From: Acidocella sp.
GTDB lineage: Bacteria; Pseudomonadota; Alphaproteobacteria; Acetobacterales; Acetobacteraceae
Reading direction: 5' to 3'
DNA length: 55,183 bases
Assembly (NCBI RefSeq): GCF_028687955.1
Contig: NZ_JAQTZC010000002.1
Span: 1 to 55,183 of the forward strand
Positions 1 to 9,254 of this stretch are shown in pieces (position 1 is the stretch's first letter; every line of letters starts with the position of its first letter). Position numbers and translations under genes: made by a program. A model generated the notes under the pieces. That model searched no databases. It was not told the DNA's origin and worked only from the letters and a program-made list of their open reading frames with translations.

Positions 1-127
1 TGCCCAGGTACTCTCCTGACTTCAACCCAATCGAAAAGGCGTTCGCCATCCTCAAACGGCAGAGATGCTTCTCAGAAAAATCCGTCGACGAGTTAATAAC
101 ATGCCACTCTTAATTGGAAAAACTATA
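1..127 (+). mobile_element. 3' end of an IS630-family insertion sequence (transposase C-terminus 3..113 plus probable right end)
   Basis: Frame from nt 3 reads PRYSPDFNPIEKAFAILKR...TAA (111-113). PxYSPDxNPIE is the IS630/Tc1 DDE signature. It is followed by TTGGAAAAACTATA ending in TA, the IS630 target dinucleotide. Confidence 0.8.
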
Positions 128-458
128 GAATTTCCTCGGCCGCGCGGCCGGCCACGATCGCCACAAGAAATGCATCAAGCGCGGACACCGTCATCGGCTT
201 GCCCCGCCTCACACCCATGGCCGTGCCACCGGCCGCATCATTCGACCCGACGATCGTGACATGATCGAGCAGAAGCTCGGGGAAAGACAAAGTTGCGATG
301 GCATGGCCTGCCTCATGGATCGATGCACGAAGGGGCAACTCTCGTGAGCCATGGGATTCCTCCCCAGTTATCACCATGAGCAAATCCTCAAAGAGAATCG
401 AACGCCCGGCATTGCGCGCGTACCGCCGCGTGGTCCTGGGATATTCAAACTGACCCAC
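123..458 (-). pseudogene. Remnant of an AAA+/peptidase M41 (FtsH-like) gene, truncated by IS630
   Basis: Contains the HEAGH zinc motif (ASIHEAGHAIA) and AGRAAEEIL, then stops at the IS630 end. No ATPase domain upstream. Confidence 0.7.
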
Positions 459-507
459 TACTCAATTTCCAGCTCCCCTTGACGCCGGAGCAGAATCAAT
501 AAAAAGC

Positions 508-590
508 TGCTCTTACCGGGGTGCCCGCAATCCGCTGGCTGAGATCAAACCCGCTGAACCTGTCTGGGTAATGCCAGCGAAGGGAGTGCA
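508..590 (+). ncRNA. TPP (thi-box) riboswitch
   Basis: Conserved segments GGGGTGCC, GCTGAGA, ACCC, GAACCTG and TAATGCCAGCGAAGGGA in the correct order, directly upstream of a thiamine-precursor ABC operon. Confidence 0.95.
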
Positions 591-591
591 T

Positions 592-1551
592 ATGAGACTA
601 CACCGCCGTACCCTGTTGTCTGCCGCCACCGCCAGCGCCGCTCTGGCCGGTCCGCTTGCGCGCGCCGGAACACCGCAAAAATTCACCGTATTGCTGGATT
701 GGTTCGTCAACCCTGACCACGCCCCGCTGTTCGCCGCCAAATATATTGGCGCCTATGCCCGCACGGGGCTGGATGTGGCGCTCATCGCGCCTACTGACCC
801 GGATCTGCCGCCGCGCCTGCTCGCCGCTGGCAAGGCGGATGTGGCGCTCAGCTACCAGACCCAGCTTTACCTGCTGGTGGACCAGGGCCTGTCCGTGCGC
901 CGCATTGGCACGCTGATCGACAAGCCCTTGAACACGCTGACCGCGCTGGGCGGCCGGGGCATTGCCACCCTGCATGATCTCAAGGGCAAGAAGATCGGCT
1001 ATTCCATCGCCGGGGTGGAGGAAGTTCTGATCGGCACCATGCTGAAATCCGTTGGCCTGGGGTTGAGCGATGTCACGCTGGTCAATGTCAATTTCAATCT
1101 TGTCAGCTCGCTGCAAAGCCACGCGGTGGATGCCGTGATTGGCACCTACCGCACCTATGAGGATATTCAGCTGGCCCAGGCTGGGCTGAACCCGGTGATC
1201 TTTCTGCCCGAAGACTACGGTGTGCCACCTTCGGATGAACTGATCATGCTTGCTAATCTGAAGGCGCTGGGTAACCCGGCGCTGCCGCGCTTCCTCGCCG
1301 CGGTGAGGGAGGGGGCGGCGTATCTGGCCCTGCACGGCGATGCGGTGCTGGCGCAATTCCTGAAGGAGAATCCGAGCCTGAACGACAAACTCGACATCGC
1401 CTCCTGGCATGCGCTGCCGGGCGCTTTCGCGGCCGATCCCGCGAAACTCGATGCCCTCCGCTATATCCGCTACCGCGATTTCATGTTTGCCGCCGGGCTG
1501 ATCAAGAAATCTCTGCCGCTGGATACCTACGCGGTGGAGATCAAGGCCTAA
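592..1551 (+). CDS. thiY: NMT1/THI5-family (ThiY-like) HMP/thiamine-precursor ABC substrate-binding protein
   Basis: LLDWFVNPDHAP motif and twin-Arg signal (RRTLL). ATG 592 follows AGGGAG. Lies under the TPP riboswitch. Confidence 0.85.
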   Translation: MRLHRRTLLSAATASAALAGPLARAGTPQKFTVLLDWFVNPDHAPLFAAKYIGAYARTGLDVALIAPTDPDLPPRLLAAGKADVALSYQTQLYLLVDQGLSVRRIGTLIDKPLNTLTALGGRGIATLHDLKGKKIGYSIAGVEEVLIGTMLKSVGLGLSDVTLVNVNFNLVSSLQSHAVDAVIGTYRTYEDIQLAQAGLNPVIFLPEDYGVPPSDELIMLANLKALGNPALPRFLAAVREGAAYLALHGDAVLAQFLKENPSLNDKLDIASWHALPGAFAADPAKLDALRYIRYRDFMFAAGLIKKSLPLDTYAVEIKA

Positions 1552-1552
1552 G

Positions 1553-2287
1553 GTGAATACGCCTCCCGGAATTCTGGTGCGGGATCTGTCGCTGAATTTC
1601 GGAGGCGTCACCGTTTTCGAGGGGCTGGGGTTCGAGATCGCGGCGCGAAAATTCACCGCGCTGCTGGGGCCGAGCGGCGTGGGCAAGACCACGCTGCTGC
1701 GCATTATCGCGGGGCTGGAAGCACCCGCCACGGGGCAGGTGGCGGCGAGCGACGGCGCGCCGCTGGCCGGGCGGATCGCCTATATGGCGCAGCAGGATTT
1801 TTTGCTGCCCTGGGCCAGCGCGCTGCGCAACGTGATGCTGGGCGCCACGTTGCGGGGGGCGAAGCCGGAGCCTGAGCGGGCCTTGCATCTGCTGGAGCGG
1901 GTCGGGCTGGGGGGGCAGGCAAAGGCGCTGCCGCAGACGCTCTCGGGCGGCATGCGCCAGCGTGTGGCGCTGGCCCGCACGCTCTATGAGGACCGGCCGA
2001 TCGTGCTGATGGACGAGCCGTTTTCCGCGTTGGACAGCATCACCCGGCTCAGAATCCAGAATTTGGCGGCGGAGCTTTTGGCGGGGCGCACGGTGCTGCT
2101 CATCACGCATGATCCGCTGGAAGCCTGCCGCCTTGGCCATGCGTTGTTTGTGCTCTCCGGCACCCCGGCGCGGCTGGGGGCGCCGCTGCATGTGCCCGGC
2201 CCGCCGCCGCGCGCGGCGGATGATATTGCCCTGTTGCAGACCCAGGGGTCGCTGATGCGCACCCTCACCGAAGCCATCGCGCCATGA
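1553..2287 (+). CDS. thiZ: ABC transporter ATP-binding protein (ThiZ-like)
   Basis: Walker A GPSGVGKT, signature LSGGMRQR, Walker B VLMDEPF. Confidence 0.85.
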   Translation: MNTPPGILVRDLSLNFGGVTVFEGLGFEIAARKFTALLGPSGVGKTTLLRIIAGLEAPATGQVAASDGAPLAGRIAYMAQQDFLLPWASALRNVMLGATLRGAKPEPERALHLLERVGLGGQAKALPQTLSGGMRQRVALARTLYEDRPIVLMDEPFSALDSITRLRIQNLAAELLAGRTVLLITHDPLEACRLGHALFVLSGTPARLGAPLHVPGPPPRAADDIALLQTQGSLMRTLTEAIAP

Positions 2288-3033
2288 GGGGCGTTCGCCC
2301 GGCCACCACCTTCCTGGTGTTTCTCGGCCTGTGGTGGCTGGTGGCCCGCTATTCTTCCGTGCCGCCCTTCATGCTGCCACCGCCGGGTGATGTCGCCGCG
2401 GCGTTGTGGACGCAGCGGGGCCTGTTGCTGGGCAATACGCTGGTCACGCTGGCGGAAATCCTGCTCGGCCTGCTCTGCGGCACGGTGCTGGGTGGCATCG
2501 CGGCGCTGGGAATCGTGTTTTCCCCCGTGTTGCAGCGCTGGCTCATGCCGGTGCTGGTGGTTAGCCAGGCGATCCCGGTATTCGCGCTGGCGCCGCTGAT
2601 GGTGCTGTGGTTCGGCTTTGGCATGGCGGCGAAAATCATCATGGCGATGCTGGTGATCTTTTTTCCCGTCACCGCCAATTTTGCCGATGGCCTGCGCCGC
2701 ACGCCGCCCGGCTGGCTGGATCTGGCACGCACCATGAACGCTTCGCCCCTGGCCGTATTGCGCCATATCCGCCTGCCGGCCGGGCTGCCGGCCTTTGGCT
2801 CGGGTCTGCGCGTGGCCGCCGTCATCGCCCCCATCGGCGCGATCATCGGGGAATGGGCCGGGGCATCCTCGGGCCTGGGTTATGTCATGCTCAACGCCAA
2901 TGCGCGCATTCAGACCCCGCTGATGTTCGCGGCGCTGTTCATTCTGGCGGCGCTCACCATCGCGCTTTATGTGCTGGTGGACCGCCTGCTGCGCCGCCTG
3001 CTCTACTGGGCGCCGGATACCACTGGCGGCTGA
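2284..3033 (+). CDS. thiX: ABC transporter permease (ThiX-like, SsuC/TauC class)
   Basis: Multiple TM segments and GEWAGASSGLG motif. ATGA overlap with the ATPase gene. Confidence 0.85.
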   Translation: MRGVRPATTFLVFLGLWWLVARYSSVPPFMLPPPGDVAAALWTQRGLLLGNTLVTLAEILLGLLCGTVLGGIAALGIVFSPVLQRWLMPVLVVSQAIPVFALAPLMVLWFGFGMAAKIIMAMLVIFFPVTANFADGLRRTPPGWLDLARTMNASPLAVLRHIRLPAGLPAFGSGLRVAAVIAPIGAIIGEWAGASSGLGYVMLNANARIQTPLMFAALFILAALTIALYVLVDRLLRRLLYWAPDTTGG

Positions 3034-4214
3034 GACGCGGCGCCTGAACCGTCCCCCGGCGCCTGCGGCGTGGGGGCAGGCGGGTTCTCCAGCATGTTCC
3101 AGTCAATTTCTGGTAAATCCGCGGCTTTTTGGCCGTTGATGATCACGCTGCCCGCGCCGTAGACCAGATGCATGTTCAGCGCCTGCCCTTGCGCCGGGGT
3201 GCTGGAGAGATAAGGCGAGAGGCGCGCCTGGATCATGCCGATGGCGTTCTGCGTCTGCGGATAGGCGTTGGTGATGGCGGCGGAGAAAGCGTCGAGATGG
3301 TCCGCAGCGACATCGGCGCTGCCCTCGGGCTGGGTTTTGGTGTCAAACTTCACGGTGCCGCTGGCGTTTAGCGTGCTGGGGCCGATGGCCAGGGTGAGGC
3401 TGGCATTGGCATTGCCGCCCTGCGCTGCCCAGCCCTGCACGGCTTGCAGCGCGATTTTGCCGCGTTCGGCCGGGTTTGCCACCGGCACGGCGTTGAACTG
3501 GCTCACCAGCGCCTCCCCGTTGGCGGGAGCGGGGCCGGAGATGTTCAGTTTCAGCCCGATTTGTGTGATGGCGCCGCCAAAGGGGACCGAGGCCAGGCGC
3601 GTGAGCAAAGGCGAGAGCGAGATGCCCTTGATGGTCTCAGTGAGGCCAAGCGCCGTGGCGGCGGCGCCGGCATCGCGGTTGAAGCTGGCGTGGGCGGCGT
3701 AGCTATCGATATGGAGCAGCAGCAGGCTGCCGCTGCTGGCCAGGATGTTGATGTTGCTAGCAGAGGCGTCGCTCGCCTTGAAGGGGTCGATTTCCGCCGC
3801 CGCCAGGGCGTTCAGGTCAATCTGCTGGGTTAGCGCGATGCTGCCGAAGGTGACGGCGACATCGGCGCGCGGGGTGTTGATGCTGACCTGGCGAGGCAGG
3901 TTGTAGCGCAGCTCGCGCGGGTTGGCGGCGGCGATTTCCATGCCGAGACTCGGCAGCGTGACCGATATGGGGGCCTGGCTGGGGTTCGGCTGCACGGTGA
4001 TCAGCACATTCGTGAGCGTGACATCGGCCACCAGCGGCGAGAGGCCGCGGTTGATGCGGGCGTAGCTGATTTTTACATCGCCCTGCGCTTGTATGCGGCT
4101 GGCCCAGTTGGCGAAGCCGGTCTGCATCCGGCCCTCCGCCCACCACCACAGCCCGAGCCAGACGGCCGCGAGGACCAATATGGCCATGCCCAAAACTCTG
4201 CCGATAAACCGCAT
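3003..4214 (-). CDS. DUF2125-like membrane-anchored periplasmic protein
   Basis: 403-aa ORF with an N-terminal TM anchor (WLGLWWWAEGR) and a beta-rich body. Family assignment is from resemblance only. Confidence 0.6.
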   Translation of the reverse strand: MRFIGRVLGMAILVLAAVWLGLWWWAEGRMQTGFANWASRIQAQGDVKISYARINRGLSPLVADVTLTNVLITVQPNPSQAPISVTLPSLGMEIAAANPRELRYNLPRQVSINTPRADVAVTFGSIALTQQIDLNALAAAEIDPFKASDASASNINILASSGSLLLLHIDSYAAHASFNRDAGAAATALGLTETIKGISLSPLLTRLASVPFGGAITQIGLKLNISGPAPANGEALVSQFNAVPVANPAERGKIALQAVQGWAAQGGNANASLTLAIGPSTLNASGTVKFDTKTQPEGSADVAADHLDAFSAAITNAYPQTQNAIGMIQARLSPYLSSTPAQGQALNMHLVYGAGSVIINGQKAADLPEIDWNMLENPPAPTPQAPGDGSGAASQPPVVSGAQ

Positions 4215-4300
4215 GGTGCAAACTCCGTTCGGGCGATATCTGTGCCGCCATACTGCCTCACCCTTGACCTTTGGCCAAGCGTTGGGGCTTTTGCTGTGCC

Positions 4301-5245
4301 ATGAGGATTTTCAAGGACTGGCGGGGCTTGCCCGCCGCCGCAAAAGGCGCCTGCGTGGCCCTGGGTAATTTTGACGGCGTGCATCTGGGCCATGCCGGGG
4401 TGCTGCGCGCCGCCCATGCGGCCAGGCCGGACGCGCCGCTGGCGGTGCTGACCTTCGAGCCGCACCCGCGCGAGTTTTTCCGCCCGCAGGACCCGCCGTT
4501 CCGCCTCTCCCTCTCGCCGGAGCGGGCCGAGGCTCTGGCGGGGATGGGGGTGCAGTTGCTCTATGAGCTGCCCTTTGATGCGGCGTTCTCTCATCTTTCC
4601 GCCGAACAGTTCTGCCGCGAGGTGCTGCACGAGGGCGTGGGGGCGGTGCATCTGGCCTGCGGCGGAGATTTTGCTTTTGGGCACCGACGCGGCGGCGATG
4701 TGGCGCTGCTGGCGCGCCAGGCGGAGGCCATCGGCATGGGTCTGAGTGTGGTGCCGCCGGTGAGCGACGCGCAGGGGCTGATCTCGTCCAGCCGCATCCG
4801 CCGCCTGCTACAGGACGGCTACCCAGGCTACGCGGCGATGTTGCTCGGCCGCCCCTATACCATTCGCGGCGAGGTGCGCCACGGCGATGCGCGCGGTCGC
4901 ACCATCGGCTTCCCCACCGCCAATATTGCGCTTGGCCGCCATTTGGAGCCCGCGCGCGGCGTATATGCCGTAACCGTGCGGCTGCCGGGCGGGGCGGAGG
5001 TGAACGGTGTTGCCAATATCGGCCAGCGCCCGACCGTGGCCGGGGCGGAATCGCGGCTGGAGGTGCATCTGTTGGATTTTGAGGCTGATCTCTACGGTCA
5101 GGAGCTGAGCGTGGCGCTGCATCATTTTTTGCGCGAGGAACAGAAATTCCCCAGTTTCGAGGCGCTCAAGGCGCAGATCGCGCTCGATGCGGTGCAGGCG
5201 CGCGCCATGCTTGACAGAGATCAAAATCCGGCCAAACCCCTTTAG
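4301..5245 (+). CDS. ribF: Bifunctional riboflavin kinase/FAD synthetase
   Basis: GNFDGVHLGH, TFEPHP, ISSSRIR and GRTIGFPTAN motifs; ribF-ileS-lspA synteny. Confidence 0.96.
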   Translation: MRIFKDWRGLPAAAKGACVALGNFDGVHLGHAGVLRAAHAARPDAPLAVLTFEPHPREFFRPQDPPFRLSLSPERAEALAGMGVQLLYELPFDAAFSHLSAEQFCREVLHEGVGAVHLACGGDFAFGHRRGGDVALLARQAEAIGMGLSVVPPVSDAQGLISSSRIRRLLQDGYPGYAAMLLGRPYTIRGEVRHGDARGRTIGFPTANIALGRHLEPARGVYAVTVRLPGGAEVNGVANIGQRPTVAGAESRLEVHLLDFEADLYGQELSVALHHFLREEQKFPSFEALKAQIALDAVQARAMLDRDQNPAKPL

Positions 5246-5248
5246 CCC

Positions 5249-8068
5249 ATGACCGAAGCCCCGATGACCGAAGCAAAGCCCGACTATAAAGCCACCGTAT
5301 TTCTGCCGCGCACGGAATTTCCGATGCGCGGGGATCTGCCAACCCGCGAGCCGGAGATGCTGCGCCGCTGGGAGGAGATGCGCCTGTGGGAGAAACTGCG
5401 CGCAGCCGGGCAGGGGCGTGAAGCCTTCATCCTGCACGACGGCCCTCCCTATGCCAACGGCAATCTGCACATCGGCCATGCGCTGAACAAAATTCACAAG
5501 GATGTTATCAACCGCGCGCAGCAGATGTCCGGGCGGGATGCCAACTACATCCCCGGGTGGGACTGCCACGGCCTGCCGATTGAATGGAAGGTCGAGGAGA
5601 AATACCGCGCCAAAAAGCTGGATAAGGACCAGGTGCCGGTTCTGGAATTCCGCCGCGAGTGCCGCGAATACGCGCAGCATTGGCTGGATGTGCAGGCGGA
5701 GGAGTTCAAGCGCCTGGGCGTCGCGGGCGATTGGGTGAACCGCTACGCCACCATGGATTTCGAATCCGAGGCGTGCATCGCGGGCGAGATCGGCAAATTC
5801 CTGCTCAACGGCGCGCTCTACCGCGGCCTGCGCCCGGTGATGTGGAGCCCGGTGGAAAAAACCGCGCTGGCCGAGGCCGAGGTTGAGTATTACGACAAAA
5901 AGGACACCGCGATTTATGTCCGCTTCCCCGTCGCGGACACGATCGCGCGCGGCGCCCCCGGCGAGGTGGCTGATCTGCTCGGCTGCGCCATTGTCATCTG
6001 GACCACGACGCCCTGGACCATTCCCGGCAACCGCGGCCTGGCGGTGGGGCATGAGCTTGATTATGTGCTGCTGCGGGTGGAGGCCATCGCCGATGGCAGC
6101 GCCGCGGTGGCGGGCGAAAAGCTGATCGTCTCCGAGGGCCTGCTGGAGGATTTCGCGGCAAAAACCGGCATTACCGCGCATAGTGTGCTGCGCAAATTTC
6201 AGGGGCGCGATCTCGAAGGCCTGTTGTTCAAGCACCCGCTGCACAGCGCCGATGCGGGGTATGATTTCGCCGTGCCGTTGATGCTGGGCGAGTTTGTCAC
6301 CATGGAGGCGGGTACTGGCATTGTCCACATGGCGCCCGGCCATGGCGAGGACGATTTTCTGCTCTGCCGCGCGCATAACATCGCCGTGCCGGATACGGTG
6401 GCGGGTGACGGCACCTATTATCCCGCCGTGCCGTTGTTCGCGGGGCTGCATGTTTACAAAGCGGCGGGTCCTGTTTGCAACGCCTTGCAGGCGGCTGGGG
6501 CGCTGCTGCACCGGGCGGAGTTCGTGCATTCCTATCCGCATAGCTGGCGCTCGAAAGCCCCGCTGATCTACCGCGCCACGCCGAACTGGTTCATCCGCAT
6601 GGATGGCGAGGAGCAGATCCGCGAAAAGGCGCTCGCCGCCATCGACGCGACGAAATTCGTGCCCGGGATCGGCCGCAACCGCATCCGCTCCATGGTGGAA
6701 TCGCGCCCCGACTGGTGCATCTCGCGCCAGCGCGCTTGGGGCGTGCCGATTGCGATTTTTGTTGACAAAACCACGCACGAGCCGCTGCGCGATGCGGAGG
6801 TCATGGCCCGCATCGTGGAGATTTTCGCGGCCGAGAGCGCCGATGCCTGGTATGCCCGCCCGCCGCAAGATTTCTTGGGCGATAAGTACAAGGCCGAGGA
6901 TTACGAGCAGGTGTTCGATGTCGTCGACGTCTGGTTCGAATCCGGCTCCACCCATGCCTTCGTGCTGGAGGCGCGCGGCCTGCCCTCCCCGGCTGATATT
7001 TATCTCGAAGGCTCGGACCAGCATCGCGGCTGGTTCCAGGCGTCGTTGCTGGAATCGGTGGGCACGCGCGGCGTCGCGCCGTTCAAGGCGGTGGTGACCG
7101 ATGGCTTCGTGCTCGACGAGCAGGGACGCAAAATGTCCAAATCGCTCGGCAATGTCACCGCGCCGCAGGAGGTGAACGACAAATACGGTGCGGATATTCT
7201 GCGCTTATGGGTGATGAATGCCGACACCTCCGAGGATCTGCGCATCGGCCCTGAAATTCTCAAGCAGCAGGCGGAGCTTTACCGCCGGTTGCGCAATTCG
7301 CTGCGCTGGATTCTCGGCTCGTTGGATGGTTTTTCTGAGGCGGAAAAATTGCCGGAAGCCAAATTTCCGGAGCTGGAGCAATTCCTGTTGCACCGGCTGT
7401 GGGAGTTGAACCAAAAAATCCAGGCCGCCGTGTGTGGCCATGACTGGACTGGTGTGTACCCCGCCATCCATCATTTCTGCGCCACCGATCTTTCGGCGTT
7501 CTATTTCGATATCCGCAAGGATTCGCTCTATTGTGACCGGCCGGATGCTGTAAAACGCCGGGCATGCCGGAGCTTCTTGGATATTCTGCATCGCTGCCTC
7601 ACCGCCTGGCTGGCTCCTGCGTTGCCCTTCACCGCGGAGGAGGCATGGGTCACGCGTTTTGGCGCGCAGGCGTCTGTGCATATAACGCAGTTCCCCGAAG
7701 TGCCCGATACCTGGCGCAACGACGCGCTGGCGGAGAGATGGCAGGATAAAATCCGCGCCGTGCGGGCTAATTTCACCAATGCGATCGAGCAGATGCGGCG
7801 CGAGAAGAAGGTGGGCTCATCGTTGCAAATCGCCTTGAGCATCCCCGAAAAATGGTCGTTTGGGCTGTCCGCCGGGGAATGGGCTGATGTCGTCATCGTC
7901 TCTCAGGTCGTTCTGGCCGTGGAGACTGAAAAACCGGATGACAGCATGGAGCTTCCCTTGCTCGCCTCCGGCGCCAAATGCGAGCGTTGCTGGAAAATTC
8001 TGCCGGAAGTGGGCGACAATGCCAGCCATCCCAGCTTGTGCATTCGTTGCTGCGAGGCTGTTGCGTGA
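5249..8068 (+). CDS. ileS: Isoleucine--tRNA ligase
   Basis: HDGPPYANGNLHIGH, WDCHGLPIE, WTTTPWT, KMSKS and a C-terminal CERCW...CIRC zinc finger. Confidence 0.98.
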   Translation: MTEAPMTEAKPDYKATVFLPRTEFPMRGDLPTREPEMLRRWEEMRLWEKLRAAGQGREAFILHDGPPYANGNLHIGHALNKIHKDVINRAQQMSGRDANYIPGWDCHGLPIEWKVEEKYRAKKLDKDQVPVLEFRRECREYAQHWLDVQAEEFKRLGVAGDWVNRYATMDFESEACIAGEIGKFLLNGALYRGLRPVMWSPVEKTALAEAEVEYYDKKDTAIYVRFPVADTIARGAPGEVADLLGCAIVIWTTTPWTIPGNRGLAVGHELDYVLLRVEAIADGSAAVAGEKLIVSEGLLEDFAAKTGITAHSVLRKFQGRDLEGLLFKHPLHSADAGYDFAVPLMLGEFVTMEAGTGIVHMAPGHGEDDFLLCRAHNIAVPDTVAGDGTYYPAVPLFAGLHVYKAAGPVCNALQAAGALLHRAEFVHSYPHSWRSKAPLIYRATPNWFIRMDGEEQIREKALAAIDATKFVPGIGRNRIRSMVESRPDWCISRQRAWGVPIAIFVDKTTHEPLRDAEVMARIVEIFAAESADAWYARPPQDFLGDKYKAEDYEQVFDVVDVWFESGSTHAFVLEARGLPSPADIYLEGSDQHRGWFQASLLESVGTRGVAPFKAVVTDGFVLDEQGRKMSKSLGNVTAPQEVNDKYGADILRLWVMNADTSEDLRIGPEILKQQAELYRRLRNSLRWILGSLDGFSEAEKLPEAKFPELEQFLLHRLWELNQKIQAAVCGHDWTGVYPAIHHFCATDLSAFYFDIRKDSLYCDRPDAVKRRACRSFLDILHRCLTAWLAPALPFTAEEAWVTRFGAQASVHITQFPEVPDTWRNDALAERWQDKIRAVRANFTNAIEQMRREKKVGSSLQIALSIPEKWSFGLSAGEWADVVIVSQVVLAVETEKPDDSMELPLLASGAKCERCWKILPEVGDNASHPSLCIRCCEAVA

Positions 8069-8553
8069 ACAAGCGCATCGCTGGATTTTCCCTTGCCGCC
8101 CTGGTGCTCGCGGCTGATCAGGGCAGTAAATACTGGGTGCTGCACGGCGCGCATCTGACCGACGGGCATATCCTCGTGTTGCTGCCGGTGCTCAACTTCG
8201 TGCTGGTGTGGAACCACGGCATCACCTTTGGCATGTTCGCGGGTGCGGGGGCCAAAATGTTGCTGGCCACCGTTGCCAGCGTTGTGATTTTCAGCCTGCT
8301 GGTCTGGCTGTGGCGGAGCAAAAGCTGGCTCACCAGCCTGGCGGTTGGTGCTATTTCCGGCGGGGCGATTGGCAATGTGGCGGACCGTTTGCATTATGGC
8401 GCGGTGGTGGATTTCATCCAGGCGCATATCGGCGGCTGGTCCTGGTATGTGTTTAATGTGGGCGATGCCGCCATCGTCTGCGGGGTTGCGGCGCTGATGC
8501 TGGAAAGCCTGTTTCAGCGCAAGCCAGTTGCCCCGAACGGCGCGCAGCGATAG
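8065..8553 (+). CDS. lspA: Lipoprotein signal peptidase II
   Basis: DQGSK, NHGITFG, GAIGNVADR and FNVGDAAI motifs. GTG start overlaps the ileS stop. Confidence 0.95.
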   Translation: MNKRIAGFSLAALVLAADQGSKYWVLHGAHLTDGHILVLLPVLNFVLVWNHGITFGMFAGAGAKMLLATVASVVIFSLLVWLWRSKSWLTSLAVGAISGGAIGNVADRLHYGAVVDFIQAHIGGWSWYVFNVGDAAIVCGVAALMLESLFQRKPVAPNGAQR

Positions 8554-8562
8554 GAAGAGGCC

Positions 8563-9117
8563 ATGAGAATGAAAATCCCCGCCGCCTGCGCCATTACCCT
8601 TGCCATCGCCCTCTCGGGCTGTAGCAACAATATGAAGAAGACGTTCGGGCTGGAAGCCAACCCGCCCGATGCCTTCCAGGTTGGCACGCAGCCGCCGCTC
8701 TCCCTGCCGCCGGAACTGGGCGTGCTGCCCGCGCCAAACCCCGGCGAACCAAGGCCCCAGCAGGTGGACGCGGCGCAGCAGGGCGCTGATGCGCTGGATA
8801 CCGCGAATGCGCTGACCACCGCCCCCACCACCCAGACCCCGGGCGAACAGGCGCTGCTGGAGCAGGCCGGCCCGGCGCCCAGCCCCGGCATCCGCGCGCA
8901 GGTGAACCAGAACGCGCTGATCGCCAGCAAGCCGCCCGGTTTTGTTGCCAAGCTCACCGGTAGCGGCCCGGTGCCCGCTCCGACCGTGGATGCCGCGGCC
9001 GAGCAACGCCGCTTGCAGGAAAACGAGGCCTTGGGCCAGCCGGTGACCACCGGCGCGACCCCGCAGGACTCAAACGTGAAACCGGGATTTTTTCAGAGCA
9101 TCCTGAACGCGTTCTAA
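8563..9117 (+). CDS. DUF3035-like lipoprotein
   Basis: Lipobox LSGC and PPDAF...PPLSLPP...LPAP motif; sits after lspA as usual in alphaproteobacteria. Confidence 0.8.
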   Translation: MRMKIPAACAITLAIALSGCSNNMKKTFGLEANPPDAFQVGTQPPLSLPPELGVLPAPNPGEPRPQQVDAAQQGADALDTANALTTAPTTQTPGEQALLEQAGPAPSPGIRAQVNQNALIASKPPGFVAKLTGSGPVPAPTVDAAAEQRRLQENEALGQPVTTGATPQDSNVKPGFFQSILNAF

Positions 9118-9241
9118 TACCTGTCAGCCTTAAAGCTGACAGGTATGCGCGCGGGGCTGGTGGGGCGGCCGCGCGCAAAATCAAGAGCTTATACCAGCCC
9201 GCCACCAAACCCAGAGAGTCAAGCTCTTGGCGGGCTGGTAT
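9117..9241. repeat. 125-bp multi-palindromic element (REP/MITE-like), copy 1
   Basis: ATACCTGTCAGC-CTTAAA-GCTGACAGGTAT (9117-9146), a GC hairpin (9147-9176), and ATACCAGCCCGCCA...TGGCGGGCTGGTAT (9191-9241). Inverted copy at 43354-43478. Confidence 0.9.
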
Positions 9242-9254
9242 AAAACCCTGGCGC

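Noticed and set aside
4808-7024. 738-aa minus-strand ORF
   Set aside because: Antisense shadow of ribF/ileS, expected in GC-rich DNA with biased codons; no recognisable motifs.
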